A stretch of 64,000 nt of DNA, taken from assembly GCA_036154155.1 (NCBI GenBank), contig JAYZLP010000023.1, positions 3,056 through 67,055 of the forward strand, read 5' to 3'. This DNA is from Thermoplasmatota archaeon. Lineage in GTDB: Archaea > Thermoplasmatota > Poseidoniia > Poseidoniales > Thalassarchaeaceae. The notes beneath the pieces were generated by a model. That model ran no database searches. It saw only the letters and a program-made list of their open reading frames with translations, and had not been told where the DNA came from. This document shows, piece by piece, positions 1-9,359 of the stretch. The position numbers and the translations under genes were made by a program. Within the stretch, counting starts at the first letter, position 1, and the number at the start of each line of letters is the position of its first letter.

Positions 1-155
1 TATGTGACGCACTTGACAACACGGACGACAGCGCTGGTGAGGGAGACTCCGAGACCGAGCTTGGCTGGACCAACGCGGTACCAGGATTCCCATCGCTCTT
101 CGCAGCTATCGCCCTAATCGGTGCAGCATTCGCCGGTCGCAGGAAGCAGGACTGA
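1..155 (+). CDS. 3' end of a secreted or surface protein with a PGF-CTERM archaeosortase sorting signal (partial, continues upstream of the window)
   Basis: Frame 3 translates to ...DDSAGEGDSETELGWTNAVPGFPSLFAAIALIGAAFAGRRKQD*. This is an acidic linker, then the PGF tripeptide, a hydrophobic TM segment and a basic tail (RRKQD), the canonical PGF-CTERM architecture. Stop TGA at 153-155. Confidence 0.7.
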   Translation, partial: CDALDNTDDSAGEGDSETELGWTNAVPGFPSLFAAIALIGAAFAGRRKQD

Positions 156-305
156 GCAATTAGCCAGTTTACGAAAATCCCGGTCCGGGGGCAGCAGCCC
201 TCGGATCGGGCCACTGCCTTGCTATGCGAGTAGCTTTGCACTGCTCATCCTGCCACTTTCACCGGCAATGCTGATAAGTCGGCTAGATAGCCATCGTTCG
301 ATAGC

Positions 306-692
306 ATGCCCGGCACGACACGAGTTGAGATTAGGACCTTGAAAGTAGGAAGGTACGTCGCCATTGACGAGAACGCGTACAAGATACTGGGAATGAGCAA
401 GTCCAAGCCTGGAAAACACGGCTCAGCAAAGGCCAGGATTGAGCTAGAAGACATCTTCACGGGCCAGAAGAGGAGCCACGTCGGTACTGTTACTGACACC
501 ATTAATGTGCCAATGATAGAGAAGGGATCGGCTATTGTCACCCATATCCAAGGAAACGAGGTACATGCTATGGACAACAAGACCTACGAGACACTGATCC
601 TCCCGACCGATCCAGAACTAAACCTAGAGCCCGGCGGGGAGATCCAGTGGATGGAAGCAATGGGAAGGTACAAGGTCACACGTGACCACTGA
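306..692 (+). CDS. eif5a: Translation initiation factor 5A (aIF-5A)
   Basis: 128 aa. The hypusination loop SKSKPGKHGSAKARIE has the conserved GKHG lysine. The N-terminal SH3-like part and the C-terminal OB part are typical of a/eIF5A. Confidence 0.9.
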   Translation: MPGTTRVEIRTLKVGRYVAIDENAYKILGMSKSKPGKHGSAKARIELEDIFTGQKRSHVGTVTDTINVPMIEKGSAIVTHIQGNEVHAMDNKTYETLILPTDPELNLEPGGEIQWMEAMGRYKVTRDH

Positions 693-771
693 TTGGGAAA
701 CCGAACTCCCCACCAATTATCGCGAGTGAAGTATAAGCGATTAGGCCCAGCCTTTCGTACTAGGGAATGCC

Positions 772-3129
772 ATGTCTGATGTCAAGCGTTCGGCCTACAG
801 GCAGCCTGTGACGCCATCAGGCCTAGAGGCCATAGAGAAGGGCACGCTAACATGGCTAGATGAGGACATGTACAACAACCTCAACACGGGGGTTCTCGAG
901 CAATACCTAGAGGAGAAGAACCTCAAAGAGTCATTCGAAGTCAGCCACTGGGATACTAGGAAGGTGCTGATAGGGGTCCTAATCGGCGCCTTGTTCAGCG
1001 GAGTGACTGCCTACATCGGGCTAAAGATAGGGTTGGCTGTATCTGCTGCATGGTATGTCGCCTACTTGCTTGGCATGGCCCTGAAGTGGTCCCCGTCCGA
1101 GGTGAACATCGCCACAAGTGCGACCACGGGGGCAACACACGCCTCAACTGGATTCATATTCACGTTCCCCGCAATCTTCCTGCTCGCCTACTCGGATGCC
1201 TACAGGGTTGGAGACGGCTTCTTAGTTAGTTCCGTGGACACTCTGCAACTAGCATTCATTGGAATTATCGCATCCATGTTTGCGGGATTCCTGGGTGTGA
1301 TGTATTTCATCATATTCAGGAGGGTCTGGCTTGTCGAGGATCCCCTTCCAATGCCTGGGTTCGAGGCTACACTGAAGATGCTGGACATTGCATCCGACGT
1401 GAGCACCGGAGCTGCAGACACAGCAAGGGAGTCTCTCAAAACCGTCGGCATATGGACCGTCTTCACAATGGGCTTCATGTTTGTAATCGACTATCCTGTT
1501 AGGTGGGGGAAGAAGCTGGCTGGTGTTCCCAGCAGCATCGCAGACTGGGTTTCAATGACGCTATCTGGCGGGGACTGGGGTCTGGCATCAGTGTACACGG
1601 AGAGGTGGATACACCAGCCAAGTAAGCTCGAGGGCGGGCATGCGCCATATGGTGGAATCACTCCCTACGAGTCCGGAAACCCATTCTCGTACACGTTCCT
1701 CGGAATCGAGCTCAGCCCTACCCTTTTGGCCATTGGCTGGTTCATGAAATTCAGAGTCGCCTTCCTAGTTAATCTAGGGTCCTTGGTCGCATGGTTCTTC
1801 CTTGTACCCCTGGTGGTCATACAGGATGTACCAGTATACGACCCAGCGCTCGGATCATACGTCAACATTACCGAGTACGGTGACATGTCATCCGCACCGT
1901 ACTACCCGATCGTCCAGTGGAAGGCGTTCTCTTCGGTAGTAAGGACGATTGCCATTGGTGCGATACTGGGAGGGGGGATGTTCGGACTGGTCAAGATGGC
2001 CCCTACATTCGTGTCAATTTTCGGGGACATATCATCGGCCTTCACCGGGGACAGGGGAGAGGAGTTCATCGAGAACAGGGGATGGTATGAATGGCCACTC
2101 ACGCACATCCCGGTCTTCATGGGAATCTCGTTCTTCGCAATGATTCTCACCTTCCTAATTGGTGGTTTCCCAGCCCTGCCATCTGCGATATTCGCGATAG
2201 TATTGATCCTCACAACCTTCCTTCTGGGTGCCATAGCTGTCAGGGTGATGGGGGAGACGGGAATAGAGCCCGTATCCGGAACGTCGTTCATCGTCCTGCT
2301 GATGCTCCTACTCGTCTTCCTGAACGTCGACGTCGGCCTCGACAAGGAGGAATCCGTACTTATCGCCCTTGTAGGGACCACTGTTTTCGGCTCCGCCATA
2401 AGCATGAGCGGGACAGTGGTCGGGGATTACAAGAACAGCTTGTACATAGGAAACAGGCCTTACCACATCTCAAAGGGCAACATCATGGGTGTCGTCCCAG
2501 GTGCTATTCTCGGTGCAGCGGTCGCCATTTTCCTGTCAAAGCTCCTAGCAGACGGAACAATCGACCTACTGGCCCCACAAGCCAACGCATTCGCCTACTT
2601 CACGACAATCCTAGCAGAGGGCCAAGGAGACTGGGGCGCACTGGCGCTTGGCTTCGCTCTGGGCGCCTTTGTAGAGTGGGCCACTGGGATGGGGACCTCA
2701 TTCGGCCTCGGGATGTACCTCCCTACGCCAGCAACATTCCCGATGCTTATCGGAGGGGCAGCTAGGGACTGGTGGGAGAAGAGGAGGCTGCAGCCAAAGG
2801 TCGACTCGATAAGGGCGGAAGAGGGCTCCCAAGCAGCCGAGAGGAGCAGGGCCCTACTGCTTCTCGGAACGTTCATGATAGCAGCAGGGGCCTTCACCGG
2901 AGAGGCGTTTTATGGAGTAGAGGCCGCTATTCTTGCCGTATTGGACGAACAGATAGGGGACATTGACAACTGGCCACTGATCAGGTTCTCAGGGTTCGTC
3001 ATACTCAATGCAATACTGGGGGCTGTCATTTACGTCCTGTTCAGGAAGGCAGGAATCCTAGGCCAAGGCGGTTCACAGGGAGGCGATGGCAGCCAAGGTG
3101 ATGTTATGGATGCAGAGTTGGCGGCCTGA
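772..3129 (+). CDS. Large polytopic membrane transporter, probably an OPT-family oligopeptide transporter
   Basis: 785 aa with about 16 hydrophobic segments. The YIGLKIGLAVSAA block resembles the conserved OPT-family motif around the first TM helices. There is a Gly/Gln-rich cytoplasmic tail. Confidence 0.5.
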   Translation: MSDVKRSAYRQPVTPSGLEAIEKGTLTWLDEDMYNNLNTGVLEQYLEEKNLKESFEVSHWDTRKVLIGVLIGALFSGVTAYIGLKIGLAVSAAWYVAYLLGMALKWSPSEVNIATSATTGATHASTGFIFTFPAIFLLAYSDAYRVGDGFLVSSVDTLQLAFIGIIASMFAGFLGVMYFIIFRRVWLVEDPLPMPGFEATLKMLDIASDVSTGAADTARESLKTVGIWTVFTMGFMFVIDYPVRWGKKLAGVPSSIADWVSMTLSGGDWGLASVYTERWIHQPSKLEGGHAPYGGITPYESGNPFSYTFLGIELSPTLLAIGWFMKFRVAFLVNLGSLVAWFFLVPLVVIQDVPVYDPALGSYVNITEYGDMSSAPYYPIVQWKAFSSVVRTIAIGAILGGGMFGLVKMAPTFVSIFGDISSAFTGDRGEEFIENRGWYEWPLTHIPVFMGISFFAMILTFLIGGFPALPSAIFAIVLILTTFLLGAIAVRVMGETGIEPVSGTSFIVLLMLLLVFLNVDVGLDKEESVLIALVGTTVFGSAISMSGTVVGDYKNSLYIGNRPYHISKGNIMGVVPGAILGAAVAIFLSKLLADGTIDLLAPQANAFAYFTTILAEGQGDWGALALGFALGAFVEWATGMGTSFGLGMYLPTPATFPMLIGGAARDWWEKRRLQPKVDSIRAEEGSQAAERSRALLLLGTFMIAAGAFTGEAFYGVEAAILAVLDEQIGDIDNWPLIRFSGFVILNAILGAVIYVLFRKAGILGQGGSQGGDGSQGDVMDAELAA

Positions 3130-3131
3130 GT

Positions 3132-4085
3132 ATGGTCTCGAATGAATCTACACCCATCTATGCGTATGCACTACTCGGGATAGCATTGCTCGCTGTTTCT
3201 AGCGCGGGTGCAGTGCTCCAGCAGATGGGCGAGGTCCCGCCCCTCCTCAGGGCCTCGTGGAGGATGCAGGGCACATCTCTGGTACTCCTTCCGGGATTCG
3301 TCTACCAGTGGTTGAAGATGGATAGGTCGTCAATATCGAGGAACGACTGGCTCCTCATGCTCGCTTCCAGCGTATTTCTCGCTCTGCATTTCGGAAGTTG
3401 GATCTGGTCGCTCGACAACACTAGTCTGGTCCACAGCCTCCTTTTCGTAACTAGCCACCCTCTTGTCGTGGTCGCACTAATGCCAATTCTCGGCACTGCA
3501 GTCAGGAGAGGGCACATCACAGGCGCACTAGTCGGCTTTGCGGGCGCCGCAATCACATTGGGGGACATCAGCGGAGGAGACGGGGTCACCCTATTGGGGG
3601 ACATGGCTGCATTCTTCGGAGCAGTTACCGTAGTTGGGTACCTGTTCGTTGGAAGGCACCTCCGTTCCGAGAGGGGCATTCCTGTTTTCGTTTACGCGTT
3701 TCCCGTGACATTACTGGCAGGCTTCTTCCTAGCGGCCTCTTCAATGGGGATTGAAGGAACCTCGTTCTCAGGTTCGCTTCCCGATCAATCACTAATTGGA
3801 TGGGGTGAAATGGCCTGGATTCCATGGGTTGCTTATCTCTCTCTGGGACCGGGCCTCTGCGGCCATACCGTCATTAACACCGTCCTCAAGTGGATTTCCC
3901 CCATCATTGTCTCAATCACACTGCTTTTCGAACCTGTAATAGGCGGTCTAATCGGATGGCTTTGGACAGGGGAAATCACCCTTGGCATGTGGACCCTAGT
4001 TGGTGGTCCACTGATGCTTTGCGGAGCGATAATGGTGACTCTGGAGGAAGGCAGGGAAGAGGGCATTGAAGAAGTGCATTCATGA
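3132..4085 (+). CDS. EamA/DMT-superfamily permease
   Basis: 317 aa with ten predicted TM helices arranged as two five-helix repeats. The pattern is typical of drug/metabolite transporters. Confidence 0.6.
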   Translation: MVSNESTPIYAYALLGIALLAVSSAGAVLQQMGEVPPLLRASWRMQGTSLVLLPGFVYQWLKMDRSSISRNDWLLMLASSVFLALHFGSWIWSLDNTSLVHSLLFVTSHPLVVVALMPILGTAVRRGHITGALVGFAGAAITLGDISGGDGVTLLGDMAAFFGAVTVVGYLFVGRHLRSERGIPVFVYAFPVTLLAGFFLAASSMGIEGTSFSGSLPDQSLIGWGEMAWIPWVAYLSLGPGLCGHTVINTVLKWISPIIVSITLLFEPVIGGLIGWLWTGEITLGMWTLVGGPLMLCGAIMVTLEEGREEGIEEVHS

Positions 4086-4107
4086 ACCAGACTCCAGTCC
4101 CCAAGCC

Positions 4108-5034
4108 GTGCGTCAACTTCCTCTCCTGATCACTAATGATGATGGGATTGAATCAGAGGGACTCATCTCTCTGGTGAGTGCCTTGCATATGCGTGGGCAC
4201 CCCATAGTGGTCATAGCGCCCGAGAGCGAACAGTCGGCTACTGGGATGAAGCTGACACTTAGGAGCGACATGAGTTTCATCGAGCGTGACGACCTTTCCA
4301 GCAATATCGCGAAAGAGGGCGGCCCACTTCTCAGAATGTTCTCTCTAGATGGCAGCCCTTGCGATTGCGTTATCGTCGCCTTGGAGATGGCAGTAAGCTC
4401 CAGGGTCCCCGGATTCAAGCCTATGTTGTGCGTTTCCGGAATTAACCACGGCCCCAATGTCTCGGTCGACGTACTGCACTCCGGAACCGTCTCAGCGGCA
4501 CGCGAGGCATCCCTCTATGGGATGCCTTCGATCGCCGTCAGCCTAGCTACCTACGAACACAAGGACTTCTCCGACTCTATTACAGCCGTCTCAAGGGTGA
4601 TTGATGCATGCTCCGCCAACATGCCAAAAGAACTGCCGAATTTGCTTAGGCCAGCCGGCACCGACAACACACCATCCGGGAACTCCCCCCACGAGGAAAT
4701 CAGGTCGGCATTCCATAATGGGGACATCCTGCTCAACATCAACGTTCCAGAGGAATGGAACGGGGTTTACAGGACCGTTGATCTCGGTGCCAGGTGGTAC
4801 AGGAGCGCAACTGATGCAATCAATAGCGAGGGAACCGGGGTGGCATTCGAGGTCGGCGCCGCCATCATCGATGAGGAGGACATCCCGGACACCGACTGCA
4901 ATGCATTGAACTCTGGCTGTGTTTCAATAACCCCTCTTGGTAGCTGGCCCTCCAACCACCCTCTTGGGGTGTCGGACAATATGCTAGCCTCTGCCGCTAC
5001 CGAGGACGATCACGGTCTGCCTAATTGGCTCTAG
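4108..5034 (+). CDS. surE: 5'/3'-nucleotidase SurE
   Basis: The LLITNDDGIESEGL...VVIAPESEQSATGMKLTL stretch matches the SurE N-terminal signature (TNDDG, then APxxxxSgxxxxxT). A GTG at 4108 gives an MRQLPLLITNDDG start. The 4066 TTG start in the ORF track is likely a 5' over-extension. Confidence 0.8.
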   Translation: MRQLPLLITNDDGIESEGLISLVSALHMRGHPIVVIAPESEQSATGMKLTLRSDMSFIERDDLSSNIAKEGGPLLRMFSLDGSPCDCVIVALEMAVSSRVPGFKPMLCVSGINHGPNVSVDVLHSGTVSAAREASLYGMPSIAVSLATYEHKDFSDSITAVSRVIDACSANMPKELPNLLRPAGTDNTPSGNSPHEEIRSAFHNGDILLNINVPEEWNGVYRTVDLGARWYRSATDAINSEGTGVAFEVGAAIIDEEDIPDTDCNALNSGCVSITPLGSWPSNHPLGVSDNMLASAATEDDHGLPNWL

Positions 5035-5621
5035 GAGTCAATTGAGTGATGGATTATAGCTATGCAAGAGTGCCCTTGGAGCCACTTTTCACCGAGAGAT
5101 ACCTTCTCTATAGACCCCATCAATCCTAATTCAGAGTCACCGAAAGGCTGGTCGTCAGAAAGTATGAATCCAACGGAATCCGAGTGATGGGCCTCGGAAT
5201 CGTACCTTTCTCCACACGCATCAAGGACAAAGGTTCTGACCCCATCTCTTTCCCACTCGGCGATTGTCTGCCCAATATCTCCTCCTGAGTGCCAAAGTCC
5301 CTTATGCAATTCGACTTGCTGGCCTATTGCTGGAACTGGGTCCCTCAATGCTTTGGCTATCTGTCCAGCTATCGCCCTTTCATCGGGATGAACCCCTCTC
5401 AACCTGGACCCCTGGAACCATATTCTCCTGGGCGGACCCGGCCCTCCCATCAGGTGCAGCACGATGTCGGTGTCATCACGAATCCCGTGAGAAAGAAACA
5501 GGCCGGTATTCACAGCACGAGCTAGAACATCCAGCCTACCGGAAGATCCGGCCAAGTCGTTCAGATTTATCTTGCCCGATGAAGGGGCCCTGTGCCCAAT
5601 CACTGCAAACCTGCGAACCAT
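5031..5621 (-). CDS. trmY: tRNA (pseudouridine54-N1)-methyltransferase TrmY (SPOUT family, DUF358)
   Basis: MVRRFAVIGHRAPSSGKINLNDLAGSSGRLDVLARAVNTGLFLSHGIRDD matches the TrmY N-terminus. The size is 196 aa. Confidence 0.75.
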   Translation of the reverse strand: MVRRFAVIGHRAPSSGKINLNDLAGSSGRLDVLARAVNTGLFLSHGIRDDTDIVLHLMGGPGPPRRIWFQGSRLRGVHPDERAIAGQIAKALRDPVPAIGQQVELHKGLWHSGGDIGQTIAEWERDGVRTFVLDACGERYDSEAHHSDSVGFILSDDQPFGDSELGLMGSIEKVSLGEKWLQGHSCIAIIHHSIDS

Positions 5622-5629
5622 TAGACTAC

Positions 5630-6982
5630 CTACATCGGCAAATCAACGTCATCAATGTCGACCATTGATTGCATGTCTCGCCTGAATTTCCTATTGCCCT
5701 TGATCATCTTCATCTGTTTACGACTTCGGTTCCAGTGAGAGATGAGCTCCTTAACGTCCTTCTCGGTAACGCCTGAGCCCCTAGCTATCCTCCTGATGCG
5801 GCTAGATTTGAGGACAAGAGGCTCGTCTTTCTCGTGCTGGGTCATAGAGTCCATAATCACCCTGAACTTGTCCAGGTTCCTCTGTATCTGCTGTTTCTGC
5901 CCGGTACTCATGCTACCCATGCCGAACATCCCATCAGGAAGGTGTGACATCAGCCTCTCCATTGTCCCAATCTTCCCCATCATTTCCATTTGCGTATACA
6001 TGTCTGTAAGGGTGAATCTCCCTGACATCATTCTCTGTGTGAGCCTCATCGCTTCTTCTTGGTCTAGGTCCTCTGGGGTTAGATCGATGAGGCCCTTGAT
6101 GTCCCCCATTCCGAGGAGTCTAGAAATGAACCTATCAGATTCGAACTTCTCTAGGTCCTGTACCCTCTCTCCTTCACCAACGAAAACGATGGGAGCACCA
6201 GTAGCCGCCACTGCGCTGAGGGCACCCCCTCCTCTTGCTGTTCCATCCAGCTTTGTGACAATGGTGCCTGTCACCCCCACCAATTCGTGGAACGTCTCGG
6301 CTACCGGGCCAGCTGCTTGTCCGACCTGGGCGTCAATTACCAGAAATCTCTCTGTTGCATTAGCAGTCTCAGCTATGCTAACTAGCTCTTCCCTCAGTTC
6401 GCCATCGAGACTATCCCGTCCCGCAGTGTCGATAATCACAACATCGGCGTTACCGACCTTCCGGAGCCCGTTCTTGACGATCTTCGATGCATCCTTTTCT
6501 TCGGGTTCGCCGTACACTTCGACCCCAGTCCCCTCTAGTAGTTGCGTCAGTTGTTGGAATGCTCCTGGCCTGTGAGTGTCCGCCTCAATCACTGCGACCC
6601 TGACGCCATGCCTCCTTCTCCACCAGTCAGCAACCTTTGCTGTGGTAGTGGTTTTCCCCTGCCCGTAAAGCCCAACCATTAGTACGGTTTCATTGTGGGG
6701 CCTAATTTCCCTGGCGGGACCAAGTAGCCTGACTAGCTCGGTGTAGATCAGATTCATCGCATGAGTCTCGAGTTTGGTTCCCGGCCTAGGCTCCTCCTCG
6801 ACCATCCTGCGCTCTACCCTTTCTGTGAGCTCCTTGGTTTGTCTTACATTGAAATCGGCTTCAAGCAAGGCCCTTCTTAGTGACTTACTGAGTTCCTTGA
6901 CGGTCTCTTCGTCAATCTCTCTCTTTCCCTTCAGAAGTCCGACCGAACCAAGCAGACGCCTCTTCAGGGTGTCCAGCGCCAT
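5630..6982 (-). CDS. srp54: Signal recognition particle protein SRP54
   Basis: It starts MALDTLKRRLLGSVGLLKGKREIDEETVKEL (N domain). The G domain has GLYGQGKTTTTAKVA, and there is a C-terminal Met-rich M domain. The 141 codons upstream in the ORF-track entry (6983-7405) do not look like protein and are excluded. Confidence 0.9.
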   Translation of the reverse strand: MALDTLKRRLLGSVGLLKGKREIDEETVKELSKSLRRALLEADFNVRQTKELTERVERRMVEEEPRPGTKLETHAMNLIYTELVRLLGPAREIRPHNETVLMVGLYGQGKTTTTAKVADWWRRRHGVRVAVIEADTHRPGAFQQLTQLLEGTGVEVYGEPEEKDASKIVKNGLRKVGNADVVIIDTAGRDSLDGELREELVSIAETANATERFLVIDAQVGQAAGPVAETFHELVGVTGTIVTKLDGTARGGGALSAVAATGAPIVFVGEGERVQDLEKFESDRFISRLLGMGDIKGLIDLTPEDLDQEEAMRLTQRMMSGRFTLTDMYTQMEMMGKIGTMERLMSHLPDGMFGMGSMSTGQKQQIQRNLDKFRVIMDSMTQHEKDEPLVLKSSRIRRIARGSGVTEKDVKELISHWNRSRKQMKMIKGNRKFRRDMQSMVDIDDVDLPM

Positions 6983-7043
6983 GCTATCGGGTCTACATCG
7001 AGTGGTTTGAACGTTATCGGGGGCAGATGCCCTCAAATGGCGG

Positions 7044-7850
7044 GTGCCATGCCAGAACATGGTCGCAGGGCTCTGGCAAACCCAGGCCGCTTTTGCCATC
7101 GGCCTTCTTGGTGTGTTCATCGGTTGGAGGGGCTCGATGGCCAGGATGACCGGTTTTTTCGATCTAGCAGGCTCTGTCAGGTACTTGTTGTATGGAATCG
7201 TTTCCGGAATGATACTTGCATCGGCCGTTGACAGGCTTATACTGGCCGGAATTGTGGAAAGCTCTCTGAATATTGCATCTGCCAGCATCCTAGCATTGCT
7301 AATCGCTCTCGCCGAGTCCGCACTCGTGATGTTCCTGCTCGGAAGGCCAAGAAATGTCGCATTACGCACATCTCCTCCCTTTGGATGGACTTTGGGCCTA
7401 GGCATTGGTGCTATGCAGGCGTCAGTAATCGCGTGGAGGCTGTTTGGCGACGAACTAACTAATTCCGATTACTCCGGATTTTCGATGATTTCAGTTACAA
7501 TTGCACTAGTCATAGCTGCTTCATCATGCATAGGTCATGCCATTCCAGCAGCATTTCAGGGCGCATTGATCCTCGAATCCAAGAGATTCTCCCCTTTCGC
7601 ATTAGCAGCATTGGGTAGGGCGGCCCTAACAATGACACTAGTGCTATCGATTTATGCTCCAATTATTCTCATAGCACCGCTAATTGCTATTGCAGCATTC
7701 TGGACTCCAGCCCACTCTAATTGGATACCTTCCGGGCTAACCCCAGCAGCCAGACAGGCATACAGGAGGACAACTAGGCAGTCCGATAGGCACAGGAAGG
7801 CATCAGAATCCAGAACCAAGGGGTCTTTGGTAAATGACAGCGAAGAGTGA
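7044..7850 (+). CDS. Hypothetical integral membrane protein
   Basis: 268 aa with six or seven hydrophobic helices and a basic C-terminal tail. It is divergent from srp54. The start is uncertain (alternative Met at 7059). Confidence 0.4.
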   Translation: MPCQNMVAGLWQTQAAFAIGLLGVFIGWRGSMARMTGFFDLAGSVRYLLYGIVSGMILASAVDRLILAGIVESSLNIASASILALLIALAESALVMFLLGRPRNVALRTSPPFGWTLGLGIGAMQASVIAWRLFGDELTNSDYSGFSMISVTIALVIAASSCIGHAIPAAFQGALILESKRFSPFALAALGRAALTMTLVLSIYAPIILIAPLIAIAAFWTPAHSNWIPSGLTPAARQAYRRTTRQSDRHRKASESRTKGSLVNDSEE

Positions 7851-7899
7851 CCACTAGTCGAAAATCCCCCATTATCGGCGCATTATCGGACATACGTAT

Positions 7900-7915
7900 G
7901 GCGCAGTATTATATT
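7900..7915 (+). promoter_or_regulatory. Putative archaeal TATA box / BRE upstream of trkA
   Basis: An AT-rich 'gtattatattcg' sits about 25-30 nt upstream of the trkA ATG (7939) in an otherwise GC-balanced spacer. A direct repeat 'cattatcgg' x2 lies just upstream at 7871-7892. Confidence 0.3.
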
Positions 7916-7938
7916 CGTACCGCGGAGGCATCGAGCTG

Positions 7939-9357
7939 ATGAGAGTAATCATCGCTGGTGCTGGAGAGGTCGGTCGTGGCGTCGCAGCCGCGCTAAGGCA
8001 GGAAAAAAGAAGCGTGGCGCTCATCGACACTGATCCCACTGCGATTAATGAGTCCCAGTATCTTGATTGCCTGTTGGTCACAGGGAGCGTCCTATCTAGG
8101 GATTCCCTGTTAAGAGCGGGGATAACCGATGCTGAAATGATAGTTATGGCAACCAATGACGACATGGTCAACCTTCTGGCTTGCTCGTTCGCTAAGAAGG
8201 TCTACAGTGAGCAGGTAGGCGATAGAAACGCTACTGGCCTAAAGGCGATAGCCAGGATAAGGAATCCCAATATGGAAGATCCAGTCAGGGGTGCAGGGCC
8301 GATTAGCAATTGGTCCCGAGCAGATCACATCGTTTGTGCCGCAGATGAGATTGTAGAGCAGCTGGCTGCAGGCCTTCTGGCACCTTCCATCGACGAAATC
8401 CTCCCTCTAGGGGACTCTTCTTGGATTGCCGCCACAGAAGTCACGTCTTCATCGGCACTGATAGGGACTAAGACGGGGGAAGTGGGGGACATATTCAGAG
8501 GAATGCCATCCATCTATGCCATCAGTCCTAATGGTGAGGCGGGAAGGCTTTCCAATGGCAACGAGGTAATTCAACCAGGGGACACATTGGTTTTCGTTTC
8601 CAATTCTACGGATCAATTCGCACAAGTAACTAGAGGGGTCGGGAAGTCCGACCCGGACTTGAAGGAAAGGGCCCAGATAGCGGTCTTCGGAGCTAGCCAG
8701 TTCGGCATGAGACTTGCCAGCTATTATCTCTCAAAGGGGCACAATGTAGTGGTAATTGAGCCGGATCTAGATGCGGCCAACGAACTCGTCGGATCAACTG
8801 TCGGCAACAGCAAGAGGCTGGATGTTATCCATGGAGACCCTCAGGACGAGGAGCTCCTGAAGGAACTCGGGATAGACACCCATGACATCGCCGTAGCGGC
8901 ATTGAACGATGACAATCTCAATATCGCTATTTCGATGAGGGCTAAAGACAAGGGCGTACAAAGGACCGGGCTGGTGCTGAAGGACAGGGCCCTAGTTGAG
9001 GCGGTCCAGAGAATAGGCTCAATCAATCCAGTAAGTAGGAGGCAAGTAACCATCACATCAATTCTCAAATCCATACACATGAACGTCCCTGGCACCTTTC
9101 AGGTAATTCCACCAGTCCCCGAGATTATCTCAATCTCGGCCGAAGTTCGTCCCGAACACAGCTTCGCAGGTAAGGAAATTCCGAAGATCGAGTCCAAGTT
9201 AGGTGTCCGGGTTGCAATGGTCGACAGGGTCGACGAACACGGTGTTACCAACATCATCGACCCTATTTCCATACAGACAATAGAAGCTGGCGACAGAATA
9301 TACCTGCTCCTTCTAAAGGAGGATCTGAAGAAGCTTGAGAAGACTCTCGGGAGTTGA
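7939..9357 (+). CDS. trkA: K+ uptake system NAD-binding subunit TrkA (tandem TrkA-N/TrkA-C)
   Basis: Rossmann motif MRVIIAGAGEVGRGVAAAL at the N-terminus. A second motif IAVFGASQFGMRLA lies mid-protein. 472 aa, typical of the two-repeat TrkA. Confidence 0.85.
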   Translation: MRVIIAGAGEVGRGVAAALRQEKRSVALIDTDPTAINESQYLDCLLVTGSVLSRDSLLRAGITDAEMIVMATNDDMVNLLACSFAKKVYSEQVGDRNATGLKAIARIRNPNMEDPVRGAGPISNWSRADHIVCAADEIVEQLAAGLLAPSIDEILPLGDSSWIAATEVTSSSALIGTKTGEVGDIFRGMPSIYAISPNGEAGRLSNGNEVIQPGDTLVFVSNSTDQFAQVTRGVGKSDPDLKERAQIAVFGASQFGMRLASYYLSKGHNVVVIEPDLDAANELVGSTVGNSKRLDVIHGDPQDEELLKELGIDTHDIAVAALNDDNLNIAISMRAKDKGVQRTGLVLKDRALVEAVQRIGSINPVSRRQVTITSILKSIHMNVPGTFQVIPPVPEIISISAEVRPEHSFAGKEIPKIESKLGVRVAMVDRVDEHGVTNIIDPISIQTIEAGDRIYLLLLKEDLKKLEKTLGS

Positions 9358-9359
9358 AA

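Noticed and set aside
5742-6575. A 277-aa plus-strand ORF (and several others, e.g. 1902..2405, 2091..2765, 10289..10909, 24769..25311, 35261..35644)
   Set aside because: They are entirely antisense to, or out of frame within, strongly supported conserved genes (srp54, the OPT-like gene, trkH, purB, rps7). Their translations are Ser/Pro/Arg-rich and low-complexity, typical of shadow ORFs.
6983-7405. A 141-codon N-terminal extension of the srp54 ORF
   Set aside because: SRP54 N-domain homology starts exactly at MALDTLKRRLL. The upstream translation is low-complexity, and the region more plausibly belongs to the promoter and the divergent 7044.. gene.
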